A stretch of DNA of 64,000 nt, taken from Meiothermus sp. GTDB taxonomy: Bacteria > Deinococcota > Deinococci > Deinococcales > Thermaceae. The notes beneath the pieces were generated by a model. The model was not told where the DNA came from. It saw only the letters and a program-made list of their open reading frames with translations, and searched no databases. Position numbers and translations under genes: made by a program. Position 1 is the first letter of the stretch, and each line of letters begins with the position of its first letter. This document shows, piece by piece, positions 10,126-20,089 of this stretch. The DNA is taken from NCBI GenBank assembly GCA_033762915.1, contig JANRLD010000013.1, positions 32,001 through 96,000 on the forward strand. The letters run 5' to 3'.

Positions 10126-10176
10126 GGCTTTTAGAACGACGAGCAGGGTGGCTCGAGTTCTTATACGAGGTGAACT

Positions 10177-11550
10177 ATGAAGCCTAAAGGCAAACACGCG
10201 GTTGTGATCGGCGCAAGTATGGGCGGACTGTTGGCCGCACGCGCATTGACAGAGCATTTCGAGCGGGTGACCATTCTGGAGCGCGACCACCTCCCCCAGA
10301 TCGGCCACAACCGCAAGGGCGTTCCACAGGGCCAGCATGCCCACGGGCTGCTGGGACGCGGGCGCGAGGTGATGGAACAGTTCTTCCCCGGCCTGACCCA
10401 GGACCTGGTGGCCCAAGGGGCACTCTCCGGCGACACCCAGGACATCGTGCGCTGGTACGCGGGCGGCGCGGTGCTGGCCTCGGGCCAGAGCGGACTGGTG
10501 GGCCTGGCCGTGAGCCGTCCGCTGCTCGAGGGCTACATCCGCCAGCGCCTGATGGCGATGCCCGAGGTAGGCTTGATCGAAAACTGCGAGGTGCTGGGCC
10601 TAACCCATAGCGAGGATTTCAGCCGCGTGACCGGCCTGCGGGTGCTACAGCGCAGCTTGGGGGGCTTGGAAGAACACTGGAAAGCCGACCTGGTGCTTGA
10701 TGCCAGCGGGCGCGGCTCCCAGAGCCCGCGTTGGCTCGAGGCGATGGGCTACCTCAAGCCTGAGGAGGAGCGCATCAAGATTGATGTGGTCTACGCCACG
10801 GCCCACTTCCGCCGTCTGCCCGACGAGCGCAACTCGGTGGTGGTGGCCCGCTCCGAGTATTGCCCGCGCGGCGCGGCCATGATTGCTCAGGAGGGGGATC
10901 GCTGGATTCTCTCGATCGGCGGTTTCTTGGGCGACCACCCTCCCACCGACCTCGAGGGCTTCCGGGCCTACGCACTCGAGTTGCCCTCCCCCGAGGTCCA
11001 CGCGGTGGTGAACCGAGGCGAGCTACTGGGGGAAATCGTGGCCTTCAAATACCCCGCCAGCCTGCGCCGCCACTACCAAAAACTCGGCCGTTTTCCGCAG
11101 GGCTATCTGGTCTTCGGGGATGCGCTGTGCAGCTTCAACCCGGTCTACGGACAGGGCATGACCAGCGCGGCCCTGCAAGCCCTGGCGCTAAGGCTCGAGC
11201 TGGCCAGGGGAACCCAGCAACTGGCCCATCGCTTCTTCAGAGCTGCCAGCGCGGTGGTGGACACTCCCTGGCAGATCGCCGCCGGTAATGACCTGAACGA
11301 CCCCCGCATCGAGGGCCAGCGCACCCCCAAGATGCGTTTTGTGAACTGGTACCTGGGCAAGCTGTTCCCGGTAGCCCAACACGACCCCGCCGTGGCCAAA
11401 GCCTTCCTCAAAGTCACCAACCTGGTGGCCCCGCCCCCTAGCCTGATGATGCCCGCCATCGCCCTGAGGGTGTTGTGGGGGAACATCAAAAACGGCCTCG
11501 GCCGCAACCCCCAACCCCTGGCCCAGCCACCAAAGACTCGATCAGTCTAG
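10177..11550 (+). CDS. FAD-dependent oxidoreductase/monooxygenase
   Basis: VVIGASMGG, DASGRGS and GDALCSFNPVYGQGM motifs; RBS GAGG. Confidence 0.9.
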   Translation: MKPKGKHAVVIGASMGGLLAARALTEHFERVTILERDHLPQIGHNRKGVPQGQHAHGLLGRGREVMEQFFPGLTQDLVAQGALSGDTQDIVRWYAGGAVLASGQSGLVGLAVSRPLLEGYIRQRLMAMPEVGLIENCEVLGLTHSEDFSRVTGLRVLQRSLGGLEEHWKADLVLDASGRGSQSPRWLEAMGYLKPEEERIKIDVVYATAHFRRLPDERNSVVVARSEYCPRGAAMIAQEGDRWILSIGGFLGDHPPTDLEGFRAYALELPSPEVHAVVNRGELLGEIVAFKYPASLRRHYQKLGRFPQGYLVFGDALCSFNPVYGQGMTSAALQALALRLELARGTQQLAHRFFRAASAVVDTPWQIAAGNDLNDPRIEGQRTPKMRFVNWYLGKLFPVAQHDPAVAKAFLKVTNLVAPPPSLMMPAIALRVLWGNIKNGLGRNPQPLAQPPKTRSV

Positions 11551-11656
11551 GTGTCTGCATAGCCAACCTGCGAAGCGCCGACCCCAGACGTAGGGAATTG
11601 CGCTGGGTACGTAGCTGCCGCGTCCGCCGCTTTCGTAAATCTACCCTGGCGCAACG
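11551..11656 (+). repeat. Dispersed repeat family R1, copy A
   Basis: GTGTC..ATAG head, AGGGAATTGCGC core, GGCGCAAC tail; related copies at 21201, 29676, 30013 and 42310. Confidence 0.65.
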
Positions 11657-11680
11657 TAAACACAGGGGCATAATAGAACC

Positions 11681-14614
11681 ATGTCCCCTCGGTTGTACCT
11701 GCTGGACGAACCGCACGTGCGGACTGGGGAGGGGCGGCTCGAGCTGAGTCCGGCCCGTCCCACCTACCTGCTGATCTATCTGGCCTGTCAGGGCGAGTGG
11801 GTCAGCCGTGAATCGCTGGCGGGCCTGCTGTGGCCCGCCAGCCCCGACGAAGAGGCCCGCCACAACCTGCGGGTGAATCTGCACCGGGCCAAAAGTCTGG
11901 GCTGGGCCGAGGGCATGGAGGTTGAGCGCGAGCGTGTACGCTTGGCGATGGACACCGACGTGGCCCAGTTTCGGGCGGCCTTGGGGCAGGCCGACTGGGG
12001 AGCGGCGCTGCGTCTGCATCGGCGGCCTTTTTTGCATGGCTTTCCGCTGCAAGATTTGCCCACCCTGGAGGAGTGGGCCGGCCTCGAGCGTCAGGCCCTG
12101 CTCGAGGCCTGGCAGAATGCCGCCCAGCGCTATGCCGAGCAGTTGCAGCAGGGCGGCAAACACGGCGAAGCCAGCGCGCTGCTGGCAGAGCTGTTGCGCC
12201 ATGACCTGCTGGCCGAAGACGTGCTACAAAACTACCTGCGGGCTGCGTATCTGGCCGGGCAACGCGAGACCGCGCTAAAAACCTATGAGCGATTCGCTCA
12301 AGAACTGCACGAGGAATTGGGCCTCGAGCCGATGCAGGCTACCCAAGAACTGGCCCAGACCCTGCGCCGCTCGCTGCCGCTGGCAGGGGTTGGCGAGAAA
12401 AGGCAGAGCGCCATTCCCCTCGAGGTGCTCCGGCCACCCCGCCTGGTTGGACGCGAGACCGAGCAGGTCCGACTGAGGACAGCGACGTTCGCCTTGGTGA
12501 GCGGCGAGCCTGGGGTGGGCAAAACCCGGCTGGTGCTGGAGGTTTTTCCCCAAGCCGTGGTGGTTCGCTGCCGCGAAGGGCTGGATAATTTGCCCTTCTA
12601 TCCGGTGTTGGAGCACCTCAAAACCCGGCTTGCCAAACTCCCCGACCTTGGCCCCTACCGCGAAGACCTGGCCCGCCTTTTGCCGGAAATCTGGCCGGGA
12701 CAAACCCTGCCCCCCGCCGACCCCCTTGGCGCCAGGGGGCGGCTGTTGGAGGCCCTGCACCGCGCATTGGCAGGGGAGGAGCCGCTACTCTTTGACGACC
12801 TGCAGTGGGCCGACCCCGGCACCTTGGAACTCTTGCTGTACCTGCGGGATCGGGGCAGGCGACTGGTGGGAACCTACCGTAGGCAGGAGGTCGGCCCGGC
12901 CCTGCTCAAGGCTATCGAGGCGCTGCGCTCAGGCGGCGTTGAGGAGATCCGACTAGAGCCCCTGGAGGGTGAGGTCTTGCGGAGACTGCTGGCCGACTTG
13001 ATGGGAAGCGACGAGGGGCCACAGCTGTTCTCCAGATGGTTGTACGGCAAGACTGGGGGCAACCCGTTTTTTGCCCTCGAGACCCTTAAGGCGCTCTTCG
13101 AGGGCGGTGTGCTCAAGGCTCAGGGCGGGGCCTGGCACACCGCCCTCGACGAAATTACCCAGGATTATTCGGAGCTTCAGGTGCCGCCCAAGGTGGCCGA
13201 GGTGGTGCACCGCAGGGTGGGTCGGCTGTCGGAGGCCGCCCAGCGGGTGGTGCAGGCGGCCAGCGTGGTGGGGGAGAACTTTAGCCCCAAGCTGCTCGCG
13301 GGCATTAGCGGGCTTTCGGAGTGGGCGGTGCTGGACGGGATGGAGGAGGCCGAGCGGGCGGGGATGATTGCGGGGGCGAGGTTTGTGCACGATGTGCTGA
13401 GGCAGGGTGTGTATCAAGAACTGCCCCAAGTCCGTTGCAGGGCCTTGCACACAAAAGTGGCTGAGCAAATCGAGGCCGAAGATCAGCCACAGCTACAGGC
13501 CGAGCACTGGTATAAAGCGGGGGAGCTACAGCGGGCGGTGGCCTTGTGGAAAAAGGCGGCCCAGCACTTGAGCGACTTGGGCCTGCACCACGAAGCCATC
13601 GGGATTCTGCAGCGCGCCCTCGCGTACACCTCAGATCCCGCACAGCAGGCTTATCTCCGCGCAACGCTTGCCGAACAGTATCATCAGGTCGCGGAGTACC
13701 AAAAAGCCAGTGAGCTGATCGAGCAAACCCTTAATCAGACCAGCGACGGGATTGTGCGGGCCAAGCTGTGGGCCATTCAACTGCATGTCCTGTCGGATCT
13801 GGGCAGGATGGAGCAGTGTGCGCAGATTGTCGAGCAACACCTCGCCCATGCGGATGCCCTCGAGGACCCGCGGGTGCGCCTCGAGGTGCGCTGGGCCATC
13901 GCTACCGTCTATGGCGGCTTGGGTAGGTCTAAGGAGGCCCTCGACATCATCCAGACCGATATCAAACTGCTGGAGGAGGCCGGGCCGTCGGTGACCCTGT
14001 CCGATTATCTCAGCAGCCTGGGCAGCGTTTACGATCACCTGGAGCAACACCAGACCGCTCTGGACTATCATCAACGGGCCTACCAGATGGCCAAAGCCCT
14101 GAACGCCCGCAACATGCAGGTGATTACGGTACAAAACCTGCTATTTTGTCTGGGCGCACTGGGGCGCAGCGAAGAGGGTGTAGGGCCTGCCGAAGAAGCC
14201 CTGAGCCTGGGCCAGTTTGCCCGCAGCGACATCCTGCGCAACAACCTTGGCGCGACCCTCCAACGCCTGGGCCGCTACCAAGCCTCGCTGCAGCACTACC
14301 AGTACTTGGCGGCCCAGGCCCGCGAGCCCATCTGGCGAGCCGTAGCCCATGCCCGACTGGCCGAGGCGTGGTCTCATTTGAGGCAGACCGAGGCCATAGT
14401 GCCCGCCCTCGAGCGCGCACTCGAGGGCCTGGCCCAGACCGATCATCCGTTTGCGCTGGCGCTGGTGGCCTCGAGGGTGCTTCGCTACGGCAATGACAGT
14501 CAGATCGGCCGTATCCAACCCGTCCTGGCCCGCATCAACCCAGAGGCCCTCAACCCGATGGTGCGCGCCCAACTCGAGCAGGCCCAAGCAGAGTACGCCG
14601 ACAGAACCCGGTGA
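11681..14614 (+). CDS. BTAD/SARP-family transcriptional regulator with AAA ATPase and TPR domains
   Basis: N-terminal wHTH (SRESLAGLLWP..ARHNLRVNLHR), BTAD (ELGLEP), Walker A GEPGVGKT, FDDLQWAD, TGGNPFF, C-terminal TPRs. Confidence 0.92.
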   Translation: MSPRLYLLDEPHVRTGEGRLELSPARPTYLLIYLACQGEWVSRESLAGLLWPASPDEEARHNLRVNLHRAKSLGWAEGMEVERERVRLAMDTDVAQFRAALGQADWGAALRLHRRPFLHGFPLQDLPTLEEWAGLERQALLEAWQNAAQRYAEQLQQGGKHGEASALLAELLRHDLLAEDVLQNYLRAAYLAGQRETALKTYERFAQELHEELGLEPMQATQELAQTLRRSLPLAGVGEKRQSAIPLEVLRPPRLVGRETEQVRLRTATFALVSGEPGVGKTRLVLEVFPQAVVVRCREGLDNLPFYPVLEHLKTRLAKLPDLGPYREDLARLLPEIWPGQTLPPADPLGARGRLLEALHRALAGEEPLLFDDLQWADPGTLELLLYLRDRGRRLVGTYRRQEVGPALLKAIEALRSGGVEEIRLEPLEGEVLRRLLADLMGSDEGPQLFSRWLYGKTGGNPFFALETLKALFEGGVLKAQGGAWHTALDEITQDYSELQVPPKVAEVVHRRVGRLSEAAQRVVQAASVVGENFSPKLLAGISGLSEWAVLDGMEEAERAGMIAGARFVHDVLRQGVYQELPQVRCRALHTKVAEQIEAEDQPQLQAEHWYKAGELQRAVALWKKAAQHLSDLGLHHEAIGILQRALAYTSDPAQQAYLRATLAEQYHQVAEYQKASELIEQTLNQTSDGIVRAKLWAIQLHVLSDLGRMEQCAQIVEQHLAHADALEDPRVRLEVRWAIATVYGGLGRSKEALDIIQTDIKLLEEAGPSVTLSDYLSSLGSVYDHLEQHQTALDYHQRAYQMAKALNARNMQVITVQNLLFCLGALGRSEEGVGPAEEALSLGQFARSDILRNNLGATLQRLGRYQASLQHYQYLAAQAREPIWRAVAHARLAEAWSHLRQTEAIVPALERALEGLAQTDHPFALALVASRVLRYGNDSQIGRIQPVLARINPEALNPMVRAQLEQAQAEYADRTR

Positions 14615-14650
14615 GACGGCGGTGTAACGTTCCCCCGGTAGGCTCGGCAC

Positions 14651-14836
14651 ATGGTATCCAAGGTGAGCCATAGCCTGATCGTGCGGATGCTGCGGGCGTG
14701 CCGGGGGTCGGGCCCCGAGCGGTCAGAGCCCCGGTTTGTGGTGTGCGACCTCAAGACCGGCAAGGAGCAAGAACTGGCCGATTGGGAGGCCCTGAGGGGC
14801 TTTCTCGAGCGCCTCTGGGCGCGCCGCCTGCGTTGA
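14651..14836 (+). CDS. Small hypothetical protein downstream of the BTAD regulator
   Basis: 61 aa with SLIVRM...DLKTGKEQELADWEALRGFLE pattern, resembling small proteins often encoded beside BTAD regulators. Confidence 0.55.
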   Translation: MVSKVSHSLIVRMLRACRGSGPERSEPRFVVCDLKTGKEQELADWEALRGFLERLWARRLR

Positions 14837-14877
14837 GGTGGTGCTACCATTAGGCTACCCGATCGAGGGATGAAACT

Positions 14878-15675
14878 ATGCGGGTACGGACGATGTTGTT
14901 GCTGGGCTTGCTGATGACCGGTTCGCTGGCCCTGGGCCAGGGGATGATGGCCCAAACCGTGACCTACAGGAATGGCGACCTTGAGCTGCGCGGCTTCCTC
15001 TACCGCCCTCAGGGCCCCGGCCCCTTTCCTGTCATCGTCTACAACCACGGCAGCGAGAAAAATCTGGCCTACATTGACAGGCTGGCCCTACCCTTCGTCC
15101 AGCAAGGCTACGCCTTTTTTGCCCCCAACCGCCGGGGGCATGGGCGTTCTCCGGGGAACTACATTCTGGACGAGTTGAATACGCTGAGCGGGGCCGAGTG
15201 GAGCCGAGCCTTGGTACGCCTACACGAGGAGCAGCTCTCTGACCAGCTGGCGGGGGTGGCCTTCCTTAAAACCCAACCATTCGTGGACACCGGCCGAATG
15301 GCTGTTTTCGGTTGGTCGTTTGGGGGCATCCAGACCATGCTGGCGGTGGAGCGCTCCGAGGTTGGCTATAGGGCCGCTGTGAACTGTGCGGGTGCGGCCC
15401 AGACCTGGAATAGCTCGCCGGATCTGCGCGCCCGTCTCCTTAAGGCAGCCCAGAACGCGGCCATGCCGGTCTTCTTTATCCAGGCCCAAAACGACACCTC
15501 CGACTCTGCTCTACAAGCCCTCTCCGAGGAGATGCGCAAAGCGGGCAAGCCCTATCAGGCCAAAGTGTTCCCAGCGTTCGGCGCTTCTGCTCAAGATGGG
15601 CACAGCTTTTGTGCGCTGGGGGCCGAGTTGTGGGGGCCGGAAGTGTTTGCTTTTTTTGCCAAAGCGCTCAAATAG
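14878..15675 (+). CDS. Secreted alpha/beta hydrolase (dienelactone hydrolase-like)
   Basis: Signal peptide, YNHGS, nucleophile motif GWSFGG, C-terminal DGHSF. Confidence 0.85.
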   Translation: MRVRTMLLLGLLMTGSLALGQGMMAQTVTYRNGDLELRGFLYRPQGPGPFPVIVYNHGSEKNLAYIDRLALPFVQQGYAFFAPNRRGHGRSPGNYILDELNTLSGAEWSRALVRLHEEQLSDQLAGVAFLKTQPFVDTGRMAVFGWSFGGIQTMLAVERSEVGYRAAVNCAGAAQTWNSSPDLRARLLKAAQNAAMPVFFIQAQNDTSDSALQALSEEMRKAGKPYQAKVFPAFGASAQDGHSFCALGAELWGPEVFAFFAKALK

Positions 15676-15782
15676 GTTCAAGACTCGAGCCGTCTCGCCC
15701 CGCTTCGGCGGGGTTTCCATTGATTTGAGACGGTGGTGTAACGAAGGCCATCTATCCTCGAGCCATTCAGATAGAGCCAACT

Positions 15783-15816
15783 CGTTACCCGCTCGTTACC
15801 GAGCCGACGGCACACT
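15783..15816 (+). promoter_or_regulatory. Putative SARP/BTAD activator box and -10 element
   Basis: CGTTACC(15783), CGTTACC(15794), then 10 nt, then CACACT. Confidence 0.65.
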
Positions 15817-15834
15817 CTATCCAGGAGGCCCAAG

Positions 15835-16869
15835 ATGAAACCCTATACCCTGCTTGTCCCCGCCCTGCTCATCGCCTTGCTTTCGGCTTGCGGCACCGGC
15901 GCCCCTACCCCCAACAACCCTGCACCCGGCAGTCCCACCAACCCCAGTAACCCGACCAACCCCACCCAGCCCACCAACCCTACAAACCCCACCCAGCCCA
16001 CCAACCCCAGCAACGGCGGTACCGCCAGCTTTAAAACCGCCACGCTTCTGCCCGAGGGCCTGAAAGACCTCGAGCAAGACATCTCCCCGCTGCTGGTGCA
16101 GTTGGTCGAGATCGCCCGCAACCGCAGCAACAACGCCGCGACCCTGACCGGCACCCTGACCCAAGTCGGTAACACCAGCAACTTCAACTACTCGGCCACG
16201 CCCACCAACGGTCTGAGGATCGTCTGGGGCGATGGCGCGGTGTACGAGTTCGTGATCGGCAGGTTCCAGGGGAGCCTGGCAAGCGGGGCCAATGCTTTTT
16301 ACAAGGGCAACCACTTGCTGGAGTACACAGCCAAACTCAAACCCGAAAACGACATCGGCAACGTCAACCTTTCGTTGCGTTCCCAGCGCCAGGGGGCCAA
16401 CTTAGCGGTGAAAATCACCGGCACCGCGCTGTTTGAAAACCTTAGCCACACCCTCAATCTCGACTATGTCCAGGTGGTGCTCTCCGAGATCGGCAATGGC
16501 TCCATCACCTTCCACCACCAGGACACCCTGCAAGGCAGTATCAGTGGCCCGGCCGTGCAAATCCAGGTTTCCGAGGCCTACGACTTCAAGGTGGTGGGTG
16601 GCTCGAGCAGTCTGGTTATGCAAACCATCCGCAGCTTTAACAACGCCTGGACCGAAGGCGGCCAGCAGTTCCGGCTGCAAAACGGCCTGATCAAAAAGGT
16701 ATTCCGCGATGGTAGCCCCATCGAGCGCGACTTCTGGACAGCCCAGGGTGATTTGCTGCGCGGCGGCGTGAGAGTGGGTGGATTGGGGCAGGCCTTCAGC
16801 GGGAATTTGCTCGAGCAGTTCCTCGATACCCCCAACGGCAGAATTCGTCTTGGTGCGGCCCAGTTCTAA
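15835..16869 (+). CDS. Lipoprotein with a Pro-Thr-Asn linker, unknown function
   Basis: Lipobox LSAC; nine PTN/PSN/PTQ tripeptides (15934-16014); RBS AGGAGG. Confidence 0.85.
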   Translation: MKPYTLLVPALLIALLSACGTGAPTPNNPAPGSPTNPSNPTNPTQPTNPTNPTQPTNPSNGGTASFKTATLLPEGLKDLEQDISPLLVQLVEIARNRSNNAATLTGTLTQVGNTSNFNYSATPTNGLRIVWGDGAVYEFVIGRFQGSLASGANAFYKGNHLLEYTAKLKPENDIGNVNLSLRSQRQGANLAVKITGTALFENLSHTLNLDYVQVVLSEIGNGSITFHHQDTLQGSISGPAVQIQVSEAYDFKVVGGSSSLVMQTIRSFNNAWTEGGQQFRLQNGLIKKVFRDGSPIERDFWTAQGDLLRGGVRVGGLGQAFSGNLLEQFLDTPNGRIRLGAAQF

Positions 16870-16875
16870 GTGCTG

Positions 16876-17008
16876 TCGCGTTTTCCACCCATACTCCGCC
16901 CACGCTGCGGAGTAGTGCACTCGGTACGGCGGTTGTTGCCGTACCGAGTGTTCGTGGCATACTCCCTACAGCGGTTTCTGCTGTAGGGAGTATGCGTAAG
17001 AACTGCTC
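16876..17008. repeat. Hairpin-containing MITE-like family R2, copy 1
   Basis: Ends TCGCGTTTTCCACC ... CGTAAGAACTGCTC; three internal hairpins, including GCATACTCCCTACAGC-N7-GCTGTAGGGAGTATGC shared with 27188. Confidence 0.7.
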
Positions 17009-17184
17009 AAACCCGCATAAAAATCCTGTAAAGTCCGCAGCTTCTCTACCGTAATGTCGTTGCTGTACACCTTCAATACCTGCGCATCGCCGTAAGCGTG
17101 GGCCTCGGCTTCCATGCCCCGCCCCAGCAAGGTGTTCTCGCTCAAACCATACCGTGACAACAGTTCGGTTTTGGCCTGGCTCAT
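16966..17184 (-). pseudogene. Truncated phosphotransferase (APH/kinase-like) N-terminal fragment
   Basis: LLGRGMEAEAH and VLKVY kinase N-lobe pattern; frame runs into the R2 element and stops after 72 aa. Confidence 0.55.
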
Positions 17185-18963
17185 CTACATCCAGTCATCG
17201 CTGGGCATCACAAACACATCGTCCATCCGCTTGAGCCGCGCCGCCAGCAGCGGTACCTTGTCCAACTCGTAGTTGAAAAAGTAGCGGGCCGCCTCGAGCT
17301 TGCCCCGGTAAAAGTTCCCCTCTTTCCCCTCGGCCACCCTGGCCTGCTGCAACCAACACCAGGCCAGCGTCACCGTCCCAAACAACTCCATGTAGGCAAA
17401 CGAGTTGGCCAGGGCTTTCTCAACTTCACCTGCTGCTGCTTTGCCCAACAAGAACCGTGTCACCTCGGTTGTGGTGTTTAATGCGGCCTCGAGCTGTTCG
17501 GCGTATCCGTGCAACTCACTGCCCTCTGCCCGCTGCCCTCGTTCCTCTATCGTCTTTTGAATTTCCCCCGCCCACAACCCATACCCCGCCCCGCCCTGCA
17601 TCCCCACCTTGCGCCCCAGCAGGTCCAGCGCCTGAATCCCGTTGGTGCCCTCGTGAATCGCGTTGAGGCGATTGTCGCGGTAGAACTGCTCGACGTTGTA
17701 GTCGCGGGTGTAGCCGTAGCCTCCGTGGACCTGGATGGCGAGTTCGTTGGCCCTGAGACCCAGCTCGCTCGACCAGCCCTTGACCACAGGCGTGAGCACC
17801 TCGAGCAGCAGCCGCGCCTGCTCGGCCGCTTCGGCGGTGGCGGCGGTGCGCTCCTCGTCTACCAGCCTCGCGGCGTACAAGCACAGGTGCAAGCAGCCCT
17901 CGGCGTAGGCTTTTTGGGTCAGCAGCATGCGCCGCACGTCGGAGTGGTGGATGATGGGGACGGCGGGGCTGGCGGGGTTTTTGTCGGTCAGGCGGCGACC
18001 CTGGGTGCGCTCACGAGCGTACTCGAGGGCGTGCAGGTAGCCGGTGTAGGCCAGCGCCATGGCCCCCATCCCCACCCCAATGCGGGCCTCGTTCATCATG
18101 GTGAACATGTAGCTGAGGCCCTGGTGTGGCTCGCCCACCAGCTCGCCCACCGCGTCCTCGAAGCTCAGCAGGCAGTTGGGGATGCCCGCGTAGCCCATCT
18201 TGTGGTTGAGGCCGGCCAGCTTGACCCCGTTGCGCCCGCCCAGGCTGCCGTCGTCATTCACGCGGTACTTGGGCACGATGAACAGCGAGATGCCCTTGAC
18301 CCCCGGCGGCCCCCCCGGAATCTTGGCCAGCACCAGGTGCACGATGTTCTCCGAGACCTCGTGGTCACCGCCGGAGATCCACATCTTGGAGCCGTTGAGC
18401 CGGAAGGTTCCGCCCTCCACCGGCTCGGCGCGGGTCAGGATGTCGGTCAGCGAGGAGCCTGCGTGCGGCTCAGAGAGGCACATGGTGCCAAAGAAGCGCC
18501 CCTCGAGCTGCGGCGTCAGGTACTTCTTCTTCTGGGCCTCGGAGCCGTACTTGCGAATCACGTTGGCGTTGCCTGCGGTGAGCAGGGCATAGCTCGAGGT
18601 AGCGATGTTGGCGGCCTTGAACACGCTGCCATAGGCGGTGGAGATCACATAGGGCAGTTGAATCCCGCCCAGCTCGTAGTCGTGGGTGGCGGCGAACAAA
18701 CCGGCCTTGCGGTATTCGTTCAGGGCAGCCTTGACCTCGGGGTTGGTATGCACCTTTTCGCCGTCGAACCAAGGCTCCTCCTGGTCGTTTTTCTTGTTGT
18801 GGGTAGCGAACTGCTCTCCGGCGATTTTGTAAGCCACGTCAAAGATGTCCTTGAAGGTCTCGCGGCTGTGGTCGGCGTAGCGCTCGCGCCCGGTCAGGGC
18901 CTCGACATCCAGAACTTCGTAGAGCAGGAATTCGAGGTCGCGCCTCGAGATGAGCTTGTCCAT
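17185..18963 (-). CDS. Acyl-CoA dehydrogenase (long, ~590-aa type)
   Basis: GTMCLSEPHAGS, GSKMWISGG, QVHGGYGY and IHEGTNGIQ motifs. Confidence 0.95.
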   Translation of the reverse strand: MDKLISRRDLEFLLYEVLDVEALTGRERYADHSRETFKDIFDVAYKIAGEQFATHNKKNDQEEPWFDGEKVHTNPEVKAALNEYRKAGLFAATHDYELGGIQLPYVISTAYGSVFKAANIATSSYALLTAGNANVIRKYGSEAQKKKYLTPQLEGRFFGTMCLSEPHAGSSLTDILTRAEPVEGGTFRLNGSKMWISGGDHEVSENIVHLVLAKIPGGPPGVKGISLFIVPKYRVNDDGSLGGRNGVKLAGLNHKMGYAGIPNCLLSFEDAVGELVGEPHQGLSYMFTMMNEARIGVGMGAMALAYTGYLHALEYARERTQGRRLTDKNPASPAVPIIHHSDVRRMLLTQKAYAEGCLHLCLYAARLVDEERTAATAEAAEQARLLLEVLTPVVKGWSSELGLRANELAIQVHGGYGYTRDYNVEQFYRDNRLNAIHEGTNGIQALDLLGRKVGMQGGAGYGLWAGEIQKTIEERGQRAEGSELHGYAEQLEAALNTTTEVTRFLLGKAAAGEVEKALANSFAYMELFGTVTLAWCWLQQARVAEGKEGNFYRGKLEAARYFFNYELDKVPLLAARLKRMDDVFVMPSDDWM

Positions 18964-19006
18964 GGCCGGGCAATTCTACAGCCTGGCGGGGCTTTAAAGT
19001 GGGTCC

Positions 19007-19542
19007 GTGCGTCGACTTGATGTGCTCGAGCGAAAGAAGCTGCGGGGCGTTTCACGGTGGTTGGCGGCCGTATCCAGGTGGGCGGATGGTTTTGAAGGGT
19101 ACTGCTGGCTACCGGACGAGGGGCGGCGATACCGCAACTGGAGAATCCCGCTGACCTCGAGCCTGGTCAACCCGCCCAAAGCCCGCAAGGCCGTTCAGCG
19201 CACCTGCATCGCCCAGATGCTCAGGGCGGCGAGGCAGATTGTAGGGTCCTGCCCCGTGTCCTACCAAGGCTATTACACGGTTGCCTGCTTGTTTGTACTG
19301 CCTTGGTTGCATCAAAGCGAGGTGACGGTTTTCTACGACCCCGACTACTTTGCTGGGTTTTGCGGGGGCGCAACGAGCTCGAGCCACACAAATTATCAAC
19401 CGATTTCGGCATCGCCAGCCCTGAAGGTTTTGTCGAACGAGGTTTCAGGATTATCCATGAAGAGAACCGGGTGGACGATTGGACAGCCGCTTTGAGAATG
19501 GACTGGTCGTGTGGGGTAGAAGTGGTGCTTCTCGAGGGTTGA
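19007..19542 (+). pseudogene. DUF3916-like gene with apparent frameshift near 19356-19367
   Basis: RNWRIP...SEVTVFYDPDYF in one frame continues plausibly as LRGRNELEPHKLS..PEGFVERG in another, across a TTTT/GGGGG run. Confidence 0.5.
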
Positions 19543-19564
19543 AGGTTTGGGTTATCGTGCACTC

Positions 19565-20089
19565 ATGAGCCACGCCCAGCGCCCCGACCCCAGCGAGCAC
19601 CTGCCCTATTTTTCGCGCTATGTAGACCTGGTGCCCGAGGGGGACATTGTGCAGATGATGGAGACGGAGTTTGCTCGAGTTCTCTCCCGCCTCTCCGCCC
19701 TCACCCCCGCCCAGGCCCGGTACCGCTACGCGGAAGGCAAGTGGAGCGTGACCGAGGTGGTGGGGCACATCTGCGACACCGAGCGGGTCTTCACCTACCG
19801 CGCCCTGCATGCCGCCCGCCGCGACCCCAGCCCGCTGCCGGGCTTTGACCAGGCCCAGTGGGCGGGCGAGGTGGACTACGCCAGCCGCGACTTGCCGGAT
19901 GTATTGAATGAGTGGCGCACGGTACGGGCAGCCTCGATTTCACTGTTTGGCAATTTGAGCGCGGAAGCTTGGTCGCGCCGAGCCACAGTAAGCGGGAACG
20001 CGCTGACTCCCAGGGCTTGTGCGTACATCATCGTGGGGCATGTGCTGCACCACCTGAAGGGGTTCGAAAACGACTACGGCGTGCTCTGA
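19565..20089 (+). CDS. DinB family protein
   Basis: YAEGKWSVTEVVGHICDTER and GHVLHH motifs; TATCGT 6 nt before ATG. Confidence 0.9.
   Translation: MSHAQRPDPSEHLPYFSRYVDLVPEGDIVQMMETEFARVLSRLSALTPAQARYRYAEGKWSVTEVVGHICDTERVFTYRALHAARRDPSPLPGFDQAQWAGEVDYASRDLPDVLNEWRTVRAASISLFGNLSAEAWSRRATVSGNALTPRACAYIIVGHVLHHLKGFENDYGVL

Noticed and set aside
17509..19020. 503-aa plus-strand ORF, and similar long ORFs at 7519-9072, 21382-22587 and 26122-27360
   Set aside because: Antisense shadows of well-supported genes.
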